This document shows, in pieces, positions 25,901 to 37,819 of a DNA stretch of 64,000 nt (positions are counted from its first letter, which is position 1; every line of letters starts with the position of its first letter). A program made the position numbers and the translations under genes. Below the pieces are notes generated by a model. It ran no database searches, was not told where the DNA came from, and saw only the letters and a list, made by a program, of their open reading frames with translations. The stretch is from Phaeosaccion multiseriatum (taxonomy: Eukaryota > Protista > Ochrophyta, other classes), in the NCBI GenBank assembly GCA_965112735.1, contig OZ218957.1:3607293-3671292 (forward strand). Direction: 5' to 3'.

Positions 25901-28900
25901 ACCTCCTCTCCCCTCCCCTCCCCGTATGCCTCTAAATCCCCCCCCCTTTGGCCCTTTGCAGTAACATCGCTCTCATCAAGCGCAACGCCTCATTGGGTGC
26001 CCGAGTGGCCGTGGAGCTTGCCCGCCTGCAGGCCCTCCAACAGGAGCGGTGAGCATCAGCAAAGCAAAGCAAAGCAAAGCAAAGCAAAGCAGAGCAGTCA
26101 GCGGTGAGGACCAATGGCCACACGACCACCACACGCCCTTTATGACATGCAAACGCACTCAGTGTAGGCAGTGGCAGTGGCAGTGGGGTTGAGCTTATCA
26201 CAGGCAGTGGGGTTGAGCTTATCACAGGCAGTGGGGTTGAGCTTATCACAGGCAGTGGGGTTGAGCTTATCACAGGCAGTGGGGTTGAGCTTATCACAGG
26301 CAGTGGGGTTGAGCTTATCACAGGCAGTGGGGTTGAGCTTATCACAGGCAGTGGGGTTGAGCTTATCACAGGCAGTGGGGTTGAGCTTATCACAGGCAGT
26401 GGGGTTGAGCTTATCACAGGCAGTGGGGTTGAGCTTATCACAGGCAGTGGGGTTGAGCTTATCACAGGCAGTGGGGTTGAGCTTAGCACACGCGAGCCCT
26501 CCCCCCCACCCCGGGGAACAGAGAACACGTGCGTGCTTTTCCTCTCCAGTGCCGTGCTGAGTCATGCCCCCTCCCCCCCCCCCCCTCTCCCGTCTTCTAT
26601 CTCTCTTCCCCCTTCTTCTTTTGTCCTTTATGTGCCCTTGGAAACCCTCAGGCCACCGCCCAACTCTCGAAGCCCTCTAAGCTCTCCAGCCGGCCCCGCG
26701 GGTCTCTTCTCCCCCAGGGGCATCTGTCCTGTGACCGTCATCGGATCAGCGGTGGTGGACAGAGTGGCACGGCCTGCCCCTTCCGTTCCGGAGCTTCTCC
26801 TGCACACCTCCAACCCTGGTGAGTGAGTGAGTGAGTGAGTGAGTGAGTGAGTGAGTGAGTGAGGGAGGGAGGGAAGGAACGAGGGGGTGGTGTGCGCCTT
26901 GTGGTGCCCTTGTGGTGCCATCCGCTTCTGGGGAGAGGGTAGAGGCTGTGAGGACGGGAGGGGCGACCGGGGGGGGACGGTGGACAAGGAAATGGGGAGT
27001 GGGTGGTGTGGGTGGTTGCGAGTGAGTGAGTGGGTGGGTGGGTGAGCGAGAGAGAAACACGGAGAGGGCGAGGCAGACAGAGCGCACGGGTGCAAGCCAC
27101 CACCCACAGGCAGTCAGTCGACTTACCCCCACCTCACTCCCATGCACTTGATTCGCACCCCCTCGATCCCTATAAGTCAATGAGACCCCCCTCGAACCCT
27201 GCCTGCCCTGCTCACTGCCGCTTTTGCTGTGCAGGGACGGTGTGCTCCCGCCCCGGGGGGGTCGGCCGGAACATCGCTTACTTGCTTGCAGGGCTCATGA
27301 ACGGCCAAGGGGCAGGGCAAGGGGCAGGGCAAGGGGCAGGGCAAGGGGTAGGACCCACACTCGTCACTGTCGTGGGGGACGACGACGCAGGTGAGGGCAA
27401 GGGGGTGCGTATGTGTATGTGCGTGCGTGGGTGTGTGGGTGTGTACGTTTGTGTGCTTTATATATATGTGTGTTTGTGTGTGCATGTGTGTTCGTGTGTG
27501 TACGTTTGGGGCGGTGCTGTGCGAGGAGGTGCCACTCCGCTCGGCCCCTCTCGCTCGGCGCCTCTGAGCAGTGCTCCATCCTGCTCAGCTCTGCCCCCTC
27601 CCCCCTCCCCTCAGGGCGTCAGCTTGTGCAGCACTGCTCAGAGGCGGGGGTGCGTGTGGCGGAGTCCGTCGCTGTCGTGCCCTCGAGCAGCACCGCCTCC
27701 TACCTTGCCGTGCTGGACAGCCGAGGGGACTTGCACACCGCAGTGGCGGACTTTGGGGTCATGGAGCACTTGGATGCTGAGGTGAGGTCATGGGAGGGAG
27801 GGAGGGAGGAAGGCAGTGGCTCGCATCTGTACACCCGTGCAGAGCGGTTGTGGAGAGCTTACGTTGAGCTTGCCGTATGGAGGTGTAACTGTAACTGTAC
27901 GCTGTTGCCCCCCCCAACTTTCCCCTCCCTCTCCACCATCCTTCGCCTCCGCAGCTCATTGAGAGGCAAATGGCGAAGCAGCAGCAGCACCTCAGCGGGG
28001 AGGGGGGGGATGGCAGTGGACAGGGGGGCCTTGTCATAAGCGACGCCAACCTCTCTGTGGAGGCGTTTCAGCGCCTGGCAAGTGTGAGTACGTCCCCGCT
28101 TGTGTTCGAGCCCACCAGTGTGGCCAAGTGCAGCCTGGCCGCACGCGCGGGATGTCTTGACGCGGTGTCGGTGGCCTCTCCCAACCTGCTGGAGTTGCTG
28201 GAGATGGACAGGAGCCTCAGCAGCAGGGGGGGGGGGAGCTGCTCCTCCCGAGGGGGGAGGCAGAAGCCCCCCGGGGGCGTGGCTCGGGTAGGAGAAGAAG
28301 GGGATGGGTGGGAGCACCTTCGGCCGGCGGCTGCGAGGCTTCTCTCCGCCATGACGGCTCGGAGCGCCCCTTGGCACTCTTTCATTCGCGGCAAGAAGCA
28401 CCTCGTCGTCACTCTGGGAGGGCAGGGCGTGCTGCTCGTGTCTGCAGGGGCCCGTGGGGGGGGGGAAGGGGGAGACGGGCAAGGGGAACAGCACACAGAT
28501 GGCGACGACGATGTGATGGACGTGGAGGTGGAGGCGTGGCACTTCCCCGCCCGGCGTGTGGAGGCGGTGGCAGACTGCACGGGAGCGGGTGACGCGCTGA
28601 CGGCGGGCATGAGCCTGGGCCTGGCCTTGAGTTTGAGTTTGGAGGATCAGCAGCAGCAGTTGGTGATGCAGCAGCCTCCGGACCGGTTGACTGACCAAGG
28701 CATGCAGGAGTGCGTTTTGGTTGGGATTTCGTGCGCGTGGAGGGCCCTGCAGGTCAACGCCTCTGCGGTACAGCAGTTGGTAGTACAGCAAGTAGGCGAA
28801 GGGCTGTCAGCAGCGGATGATGGCCGGGCCCTCTCCGCTGCGCTCCTCGCGGAAGCCCTGAAGGAGGGGACTGCGCCACGGTGCCTGCACTGGGCAACAC

Positions 28901-28938
28901 CCCGGGGGGGGGGGGGCGGCGGCGGCGGCTCGGGATGA
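22915..28938 (+). CDS. Bifunctional pseudouridine-5'-phosphate glycosidase (PsuG/IndA) + PfkB-family pseudouridine kinase (PsuK); ~12 exons; start codon uncertain
   Basis: PsuG: [96 protein letters not shown]. An in-frame splice (26049/26652) leads to PfkB motifs [56 protein letters not shown]. Confidence 0.92.
26178..26485. repeat. Intronic minisatellite, 24-bp unit GGCAGTGGGGTTGAGCTTATCACA, ~13 copies
   Basis: Near-perfect tandem copies in the intron that separates the PsuG and PsuK halves. Confidence 0.95.
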
Positions 28939-29396
28939 CAAGTTATAAAAAAGCTCACTCAGCTCACTGACTCCACTGTGGATGGCAGCTGATGCGCCTG
29001 ATCGCAGAGAGGGCCCCTCTTTTTCCGCGCCACAGGGGGGGGAGGGTAGGGTGACGCGACACGGCATGGCATGCCTCGTGAGCGAAGCCTATGCTTGACG
29101 CATGGTCTATCTATGGTTGAAGCATGGTCTTAGACTCTCTGGGCGCTGCTCGGCATGAGCCTGCGACACAACACAGAGCCTGCACAAGCTGTAAGATACG
29201 GACTTGAATGTGTTTGGAAGCAATCTGTTTATTACACTTGGTTTTAGACATGGACCATGGCCCTTCCTTCCTTCTAACGCTCTAATACATGATATCGCTC
29301 TATCTCTTACTTAAATGGGAAAGAAGGGCCTGGGCCGGGCCCGTGTTGTCAAAATCACGCGCTGGTTTGTGTTTGCATGTATCATGCACCTACGGC

Positions 29397-29993
29397 TTAC
29401 TGGAGCTCGAGCACAACGTCGATGGCGTGGATGAGGCCGTTGCTGGCTGGCACATCGACGGGGTAGGTCTGTCCCTTGGAGGCGCCCGCAGACACGATGC
29501 CCACCATGGCCTCGTCGAGGAAGGTCTTGCGGAAGCGGCGGCCGTAGGTGAGGGTGGAGCTCAGGGTCTGCACATCGCCAGTGATGGCCGAGAGGGGCAG
29601 GTGGCCCTGCACCACGTGGTTCTTGATGAGGGTCGCGTCCAGGGGGCCCTTGTACACAGACATGGCCTTGTCGGTGGGCGCAAAGATGGTCCAGGGCCCG
29701 CCCTGCCTGAGCTCGTTGGCCACCCCCGAGCTCTGCAGGGCCTGCGCGAAGAGGCCGAAGTTGTCGTAGCCCCTGATGTCGGCCTCCTCATGCCCCAGCG
29801 GCACACCTGCTGCGCCCCAGTACACCACGGGGCCCTGCAGTCCCGCAATAGTGTCCACCACATCGCCCTGCATCCTCAGGCTGGAGGCAGATGCGCGGCT
29901 CACCGGCACGGCGGGGCGCATGGGCGCGAGGAAGCCCGTGAAGGCCGTGGTGCTGACCACGAGGGAAGCGAGTGCGATGATAGTGGCGCGCAT
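29397..29993 (-). CDS. Fasciclin (FAS1) domain protein, 198 aa, bipartite plastid-type presequence; copy A
   Basis: Presequence MRATIIALASLVVSTTA-FTGF. FAS1 motifs WTIFAPTDKAM (H1), IKNHVV and ASNGLIHAIDVVL (H2). Intronless. Confidence 0.9.
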   Translation of the reverse strand: MRATIIALASLVVSTTAFTGFLAPMRPAVPVSRASASSLRMQGDVVDTIAGLQGPVVYWGAAGVPLGHEEADIRGYDNFGLFAQALQSSGVANELRQGGPWTIFAPTDKAMSVYKGPLDATLIKNHVVQGHLPLSAITGDVQTLSSTLTYGRRFRKTFLDEAMVGIVSAGASKGQTYPVDVPASNGLIHAIDVVLELQ

Positions 29994-30991
29994 GATTGCA
30001 AAGAGGGGGGGGGTTGTAATTGCTAGCGAAAAATGGATATGGAAGGAAGTTGTAGGAGCGGGGGGGGGGAATTGTGAGGAATTGAAAGATTTCACAACGA
30101 CCGCAACAGAAACTGGAACTGAAAACTTCATTGATTACGTAAGGTTCAAAGTTCGGGTGCTAAAAACTAGTTTTTGAGCAGAGCGAGTTTACGAGTCGAT
30201 AGTATCGTATAAAACGTATTTTCGGGAAACGGGGAGGACTGGCAGTTACAGTGTTACAGTCAAGAAATGGTTGAAGGCAAGGGTACGCCGCGCCGACTGA
30301 CGCAAGGGGCCTAGCGGCCCGCTCGACACGTAGGACGCCCACCGCACCGGGGTATAGCAAGAATCTAGCATTCACTACTGTAAAAGAGGAGGCGACGCGA
30401 GTACGGCGTCGCAAGAGTTGTAGCAAGTGCCGAAGAGCTCAGCGCGGTGAGAAGGACAGCGAAGGGGCGGAGCAGCCCAGCAGTCCACCGCGCAAAGGAG
30501 ACGGCAGCGACAGCAAAAGTTTCCCCACCCGCCCGGCCCGGGGGGACGAGTGGGATTATCGGGAATCCAACGGGGTGGATGGGAGTAGGGGCGAGGCAGA
30601 CGCGTCTGCCCGCCCTGCTTTGGCACCCCCTGGAAATCGCATTTACCCCCCCTTACACAATATAAACAATTATAAGTATTAGCAGTTTGAATGAGGGAGA
30701 GAGGTTGAGGGGAAGGCATGGGCAGTACTAGGTGTCAGGACGTAGTGGACTGAAAATCTTTTTCTTTTTTCAACACAACAGCACTTGTTAAGCAGCGCCA
30801 GGCATGCAATTGAGTTGTACAAAGTGTTTACATGATTAGTTGGCGCCGGGCCGGGCAAGCTCAGGGAGATGAATACACCAAAGCCTCTGGGCCTCTTGGC
30901 TCCTCTTGGCTATGGTAGGGCCCCTCCTTTAACTCTTCGGATGCGAGGGGGGGCTTGTGGAGACATTGGGTCGGTACCGTCCACCCACGCG

Positions 30992-31288
30992 TCAGCCCCC
31001 TGTCCGCCTCTTGCCCCCACCTTCCCCTCCGGCCCCGCAATCCCCCCCCACCTTCTTCCTCTTCCTGAACTTGGGGTAGTGCTCTCGCGAGTCTGCTGAG
31101 TCGGCTGGTGCGGCTTCTTGTTGCCCTCCCCCCTCTGCCTTGGCGGCTAAGGAGCTATGCTCGGCATCCTCTCCCTCTCCCTCTCCCTTTCCTGCCTCCG
31201 CCGTCTCCGTTTGTACATTTCCCGGCGGAGCGTCCTCAGCTGCCGCCGCTACTGCTGCTGCATCTCCAACTGTATCTCCAACTGCAAG

Positions 31289-31319
<31 letters not shown>

Positions 31320-32494
31320 TTTGTTGGTGACTCCTCCGATGATGTATTGCCAACTGCCAGAGCATTCGGTGCCCTTCCTGCAGGTGCTGTATCACCAACT
31401 GCCCCTCCCTTGGGCGGTTCCAACGGCGTACTCTCTTGTGGACCCCCTTGTTCGTCACGGTCGGCAGGGAGGGAATCAGGAGCGCCTCCTTCTAGCCCGG
31501 GTGCCGTTCCCGCTGGCTTGGAAGCAAACTGGACTACTGCTGCTTGGGCAGCACTTTCCCTGTCGCCCTCTGATCCAGAACCCTCCAACCCCCCGGCTGC
31601 TCCTCCGTGCATTCCTTTGGCCGTCTCTCCTCCACCTCCCGTCGTAACAGAGGAGAAGGAAAAGGACTGCACCCCACTCGGGCCTTTTGTGTCCGGCACC
31701 CCCCCCCCTTGCCCTGCTTTGTGTCGCTCGCCCCCCCAACCACTGTCGTCGCTGGCGGTCTTGTTGGCCGCACCCGATAGCCTCAACTCGGTGAGCGCAT
31801 CTCGGTAGTCTTGGTGCCGCTCCCCTGCCAAAACGATGTCTCTGAGCTTGCTGTGCCCAAGCTTCATGATGGATTGCGAGTCGAGCCTTTCCCATGGCAC
31901 CAGGTCGTCCGTCCAAAAGGCAGGTTTCGTCGTCTTTTTACCCACGCCCCATCTCGCCCCCCTGCCCTCCGTATCGTTCACTCCAGAAACGTGTTTGCTC
32001 ACACATATTTTGGCGTTTCGGTGCATGAGCTTCTCGGCAAACACTTTGAGCGTCTCGAGGGAAGGGCCCTGGCCTCGACTCCTGCCCCCCAATCCCGTTT
32101 CACTCCGCTGCGCATCCGCCTGTGCCCCTTTGGCAAGGCTTTCAAGGGCGCTTGCAACACTCTCCATTGCCCCGCTCTTGGAGTCTGCGAGGGCGGCCCT
32201 CCTCTCTCGCACGACAGGGTCCATCCACACAGACACCCCCTTGTTCCCAAAGAACTTGGCACTTCCCAGTGGATCTTTCGCTGAAGCCGTTCCGAGCACG
32301 AATTCGAAGCCCTGAGGCTCAAGCACCTTAGCCGCATCTTTGAGCACGGAGTGGACCCTGTCTAGGCAGATTTTGACTGCTCTTTCCTCCTCCCCCTTGG
32401 CAACTCCGTCTCTGAGAAGACTCGCCACACTCACGCGAGTCGGAGCGGCCTTCGTGGAGTCAGCCTGGCTCGGTTGGCTTTGCCCCTTCTCCAT
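30992..32494 (-). CDS. Intronless 500-aa ORF, putative NRF1/Ewg-like DNA-binding protein
   Basis: LKVFAEKLM...GRGARWG...KPAFWTDDLVPWE...LRDIV resembles NRF1 LRAFIPEML..GRGKPGWG..KPIWWPEDIPWA..LRTIV. Low-complexity C-terminal half; C-terminal NLS-like KFRKRKK and KRR. Confidence 0.55.
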
Positions 32495-32841
32495 GCCTGT
32501 ACCGAGTCAACCTTCTTTATCTGCAGGGCGGCATAGGGCAGCGCAGGGGAACAGGGAAGGGGGGTGGAGGTGTGGTGATCAAGGGGGAGACCGAGAGGAT
32601 GGTAAGATCGAGAGCACAAGGGAGCACACAGCCGAGAGCGGCCGAGGAAAGGAGGGGTTCAGTGCTTACCTGCAGCGAGTGCTGCCGCGCCCCCCCGTCT
32701 GTGGCCGATTCGAAAGCTTGGGTTGGATTGCATAAAAGTAAAAAGCCCTCTTCTCGAAAATTGTTCTCCCTCATCTTCCCTCATACAACTTTGTTCCGGA
32801 TTGAACTTCCCCCCCCCCCTCTCGAGACCCTCTTTGCAATC

Positions 32842-33438
32842 ATGCGCGCCACTATCATCGCACTCGCTTCCCTCGTGGTCAGCACCACGGCCTTCACGGG
32901 CTTCCTCGCGCCCATGCGCCCCGCCGTGCCGGTGAGCCGCGCATCTGCCTCCAGCCTGAGGATGCAGGGCGATGTGGTGGACACTATTGCGGGACTGCAG
33001 GGCCCCGTGGTGTACTGGGGCGCAGCAGGTGTGCCGCTGGGGCACGAGGAGTCTGACATCAGGGGCTACGACAACTTCGGCCTCTTCGCACAGGCCTTGC
33101 AGAGCTCGGGGGTGGCCAACGAGCTCAGACAGGGTGGGCCCTGGACCATCTTTGCGCCCACCGACAAGGCCATGTCTGTGTACAAGGGCCCCCTGGACGC
33201 GACCCTCATCAAGAACCACGTGGTGCAGGGCCACCTGCCCCTCTCGGCCATCACCGGCGATGTGCAGACCCTGAGCTCCACCCTCACCTACGGCCGCCGC
33301 TTCCGCAAGACCTTCCTCGACGAGGCCATGGTGGGCATCGTGTCTGCGGGCGCCTCCAAGGGACAGACCTACCCCGTCGATGTGCCGGCCAGCAACGGCC
33401 TCATCCACGCCATCGACGTTGTGCTCGAGCTCCAGTAA
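32842..33438 (+). CDS. Fasciclin (FAS1) domain protein, 198 aa; copy B (inverted paralogue of 29397-29993)
   Basis: Protein identical to copy A except EEAD/EESD, plus a few synonymous changes. Confidence 0.9.
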   Translation: MRATIIALASLVVSTTAFTGFLAPMRPAVPVSRASASSLRMQGDVVDTIAGLQGPVVYWGAAGVPLGHEESDIRGYDNFGLFAQALQSSGVANELRQGGPWTIFAPTDKAMSVYKGPLDATLIKNHVVQGHLPLSAITGDVQTLSSTLTYGRRFRKTFLDEAMVGIVSAGASKGQTYPVDVPASNGLIHAIDVVLELQ

Positions 33439-33738
33439 GCCGTAGGTGCAAACACAAACCAGCGCGTGCTTTTCACAGCACTGGGACTCGTTTAGCGAAG
33501 AGAGGGAGCGTTGTTTGAAAGAACGCTCGAAAATCATCAGCAACAGACGATATATATGAAGGTCCTTCCTTTATTACACCCATAATACTAATCAATCATA
33601 CTAGACCGGTTCGCGACAACGTCGCACGTTTACATGCAAAGTCGTTCCTTCCTCTACTGTAGGACGCGTATGTGAGGCTTCAGCTCAACGGGAAGAGGGC
33701 CCGTGGTCCAACGCAATCCACTCTCAGGCTTCCCCCTT

Positions 33739-33787
33739 GACACTGAGCACTGAACCCTGAAACTCAAACTGGTGGAGGGCAGCGTCA

Positions 33788-33820
<33 letters not shown>

Positions 33821-33924
33821 GCAGCCGCATTCGGACCCTCGGCGCCGTCACGTAAGATCCACGTAAGTTGGTGGGGATGGCCGTGGACGACGACGCATAG
33901 GGTGGGGGCGGGGGGGGGGAGCTG

Positions 33925-34004
<80 letters not shown>

Positions 34005-35217
34005 CGCTACACCACCTGCCCCTCCCTCCCTCCCTCCAAAACCAACTCACACACAGGTCGCACGTCCCGACACGCATCCTGAGCTTTCGGGCTACCTCGG
34101 AGGTGCTGCTCAGCCTAGGCCCCGACTTGGGCTCCCGCGGACGCTTCACCACCATGAGCCAGCAGCTCTTCGAGATGAGTGCCCTGGAGGCCTCCCAGAG
34201 AGAGGCGGAGGCCTCCGGGAGGGAGCTGCAGCGCCTGCCGACACAGCTCGAGCGCGCGGTACGTGAAGCGAGAGACCGGCAAGGGATGGGCGGGAGACGG
34301 AAGAGGGAAGACAGGGGGTGAGGCAATGGGCCTGAAGGAAGCAGTAAGTCAGCAGGATGAAGCAGTACGTCAGCAAGTGAACTCTTGTGGCTTGCTTGAC
34401 ATGTGCTGACCGCTGATCTGTGACCTCGATCGCATCGTTTGTACGGCCCTTCACAGATGGCACAGATGAATGATGTGTTTTTTGGGGAAGCTAAGGAGAG
34501 GGCGGTGGCGCTCGAGTGTAATCCCCAGGCCGCGCAGGAGGAGAAAGAGCGCCTCGACGACGCCCCCCACGAGCAGAAGCAGCAGTCCTGCAAGGACGAG
34601 GTAAGAGTAAGGGGCAGTAGGGTACGGCTGGATACCTTTATCGCTCTCCATTCTCTCTGCGTCTGTGCAAGAGTGTGAGGAGCCAAGGTTCAGGGGAGAG
34701 AGAGAGGAAGAGAGGCAGAGGTTTCAGGGGTCAGGGCGAAGCTGCGCTTCTCTGGAGGGGAGGCCACAACCGTCTGGTAGAGGAGAGGCTTGGGACACAG
34801 GCCCTCGCTCGAAGCTCATTAGCAACTCCTCCCCTCCTCCTTCCTCCCTCCCTCCCTCCCTCCAACGCAGGAGAGCGGTGCTCGGGAAGAGGGCACGAGG
34901 GCGCCGGTGGACCTCCGCATGGCAACCGGAGGCACGAGCAGCGCTGTTGTGAGGTAGGTACGGCTCGTGGATGCGGCCGCATGTGGGTGTGCGCGTGGGT
35001 GCGCGTGTAGGTGCGCCTTGGTGGTTCTCTCCTCCTCCTCCTCCTCCTCCTCCTCCTCCTCCTCCTCCTCCTCCTCCTCCTCCTCCTCCTCCTCCTCCTC
35101 CTCCTCCTCCTCCTCCTCCTCCTCCTCCTCCTCCTCCTCCTCCTCCTCCTCCTCCTCCTCCTCCTCCTCCTCCTCCTCCTCCTCCTCCTCCTCCTCCTCC
35201 TCCTCCTCCTCCTCCTC
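33739..35217 (+). repeat. Segmental duplication copy 1 (gene-fragment exons), ending in a (CCT)n tract
   Basis: Colinear with 41320-43198, e.g. the shared CAGGTCGCACGTCCCGACACGC... and ...GGTGCGCCTTGGTGGTTCT(CCT)n. Confidence 0.9.
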
Positions 35218-35262
35218 GTAGTAGTACTCCTCCTCCTGCTGCTGCTACTACTACTACTAGGA

Positions 35263-35333
<71 letters not shown>

Positions 35334-35482
35334 CTACTCCTCCTCCTCCTCCTCCTCCTCCTCCTCCTCCTCTCCTGCTCCTCCTCCTCCTCCTCCTCCT
35401 CCTCCTCCTCCCCACCACTGCCACCACCACCTCCTCCTCCTCCTGCTCACACGAACAGTTTGCGTTGTTTTGTGGCCCGCAG

Positions 35483-36546
35483 CTCATCGGCAATCGCTGG
35501 GCAGAGATCGCTCGGCTGCTCAAGGGCCGGCCCGAGAACATGGTCAAGAACCGCTTCAACAGCACCTCCAGGTGAGAGAGTGAGTTCGGCAGGCAGCACT
35601 ACTCAGAGTGTATATTGTCGGTGGAGTGGATGATGGCGGGTGCGACTCGTCTCCTCCTTGTCTCATACACTCTGCCCCCTCCCCCCACCCACCCCACCCC
35701 CCGGTGTGCCGACACACACACACACACACATGCACCTTCAGACGCAAGTGGGACCGGTCCTCGGAAGCCGTGTTGGACAAGGTGCGGCGCTTGCTCGCAG
35801 AGGCGGACAGGGACCACACAAAAGCACCGGATAGGGAGATTATTGTAACGGCGGCGACGGCGGCGGGGGGGGGGGGGAGAGGACGGCGGAGTCCTGACAA
35901 GGACAGGCGGCGGGACAGTTCGTGTGAGGAGCTTGCTGGCATGGGCTTTGTTGGGGCCCCAATGGCCGATGTGGAGGGGGGGGACCCAAGCAGGCGGTCT
36001 CCGGCGGGGCCCACTAGCCGAGTTGGTGATACAGCAGCAGCAGCAGCAGCAGAAGGTGCGAGGCCTGGGGCATTGGCAGAGGTAGGAGGGTCGGTTACAG
36101 GAGTAAGCCGGATACAAAGCAGTAGGCCGCCTCCGCTCTCGGTGGATCGCTCAGGGCGAGGTGGGCCGATGGCTGAGTCGGCGGCAGGAGGGGCGGGGCG
36201 CTCCTCGTCCTCGTCCACGTCAGACTCCCTGGCTGCGCTGCTGCTGCTGAAGACACCGACCTCGGAGGCCGGAGAAGGAGGGTGAGGGGGAGAGGGAGGA
36301 GGAGGAGGAGTAAGACGAGGAGGAGGAGCAAGAGAAGAAGAAGAAGGAGGAGGAGGAGGAGGGGGGCGCAGGCAGTCATGGCTGCGCGGGAGACCATGCC
36401 CCGTGTGTCCCCCTCTGAGAAAATTCCCCTGGACATGATGCGCTACTTCCACTACCTCAACGACGACGCACAGTACAACATCATGCGGCAGCTCGTCAAC
36501 AAGATGGCGGACACGGCCATTGATGAAGGGGGCAAGGAGGAGGCGG

Positions 36547-36577
<31 letters not shown>

Positions 36578-37634
36578 CAAGTTAGTGATACAGCCGGCCG
36601 CAGAGGGCATGGCGGTGGAGGTGGAGGGTGGCAGTGCCCGGGAGCGGGGGGGGCAGCAGCAGCAGCAGCAGGAAGAAGAGGAGGAGGAGCAGTCGGTGGT
36701 GCAGCAGGTGATACAGTCGTTGTCAGCGCGCAGTCCCCCTCGTGGGGCCGTGCCGCCTCGCCCCACCTCCATATCCACGCTGGGCGGGGCTCGCCAGGAG
36801 CGCTATAGCACCAGGCAGTCACCAGTAAGGGGCTCGGAAGGGGCCTTGTCCTCCCAGTGGGGCATCGCCAGCAGCAGCGGGGCGGGGGGGGGAGCGGGCT
36901 CGCGCAGGGAGAGACACCGGAACGGGTCCCTGTCACCCCCGGGGATTATGTCAGCGCAGGAGTTGGCGGCAAGGGCGGAGGCCTACCTCACCGGCGCGAT
37001 GCCCACGGTGCCTCCAGACGAACACTCCAGCCCGGGGGGAGGAGGAGGAGGAGGAGGAGGAGGAGGAGGAGGAGGAGGGGGGGCGCGGAGCAGGAGTGGC
37101 AGTACCAACCCGAGCGGCGGGGACGAGGCCTTTAGTGCTCCTCTGCCCCCCCCAGCAATGGCCAAGGATAGAGGAGGAGACGTGCAGGCACAGCAGCAGC
37201 CCGGCGGGGTGCCCGGGTACATGAGCAGCGCAGGCACGCGCTCGAGGAGCGGCACGAACATGTCTCTTGACTCGCTCGGCTCCCAACCCTACCTCAACAC
37301 GCCCATCCGCCTCAACACGGAGGACGAGCTGCACCTGAACCTCAACGGGCCCATTCGCATGAACACGGATGAGGAGATTGACCTCATGTTCAACGGGACC
37401 GCCAGGCGGTGGCCGACCATATGCAGGCCCTGCTCGCGGGAGCGGGCAGCAGTAGCATCAGCAGCAGAGGAACAGACGGCAGCGGTGGCGGCAGCCGCAG
37501 CAAGGCGACAGGGGCAGGGGCAGGGGCAGGCAGTGGATGACGCGAGGAGAGGCGGTGAGGCGCTGTATGGCGCTCGAGTGGGACATGGAGCGACATGCAT
37601 GGAGTGTGTGGGGATTGACTGGCTGGTCAATTGA
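35483..37634 (+). pseudogene. Truncated MYB transcription factor gene (C-terminal half of an R3 repeat plus low-complexity tail)
   Basis: Exon 35483-35571 reads LIGNRWAEIARLLKGRPENMVKNRFNSTSR, a canonical MYB R3 helix 2/3. No upstream MYB exons are present, and the frame breaks at ~36283. Confidence 0.7.
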
Positions 37635-37819
37635 GTGGCTTGTCCGTGGCCCTCGCTGAGTCGAGGGGGGGCGGGCAGGGGCGGCAGCTGGCCGTTCGGC
37701 AGCAGGGCAGGAGCGTCACTCCCCTCAGGGCCCCTTGAGGGCCTGGCGGGGGCTCCGGTGGTACCCACCCAGTCGTAGTCTCGTAGAGCGGGGAGTCGGG
37801 GATAGTCGGGGACTGACAC

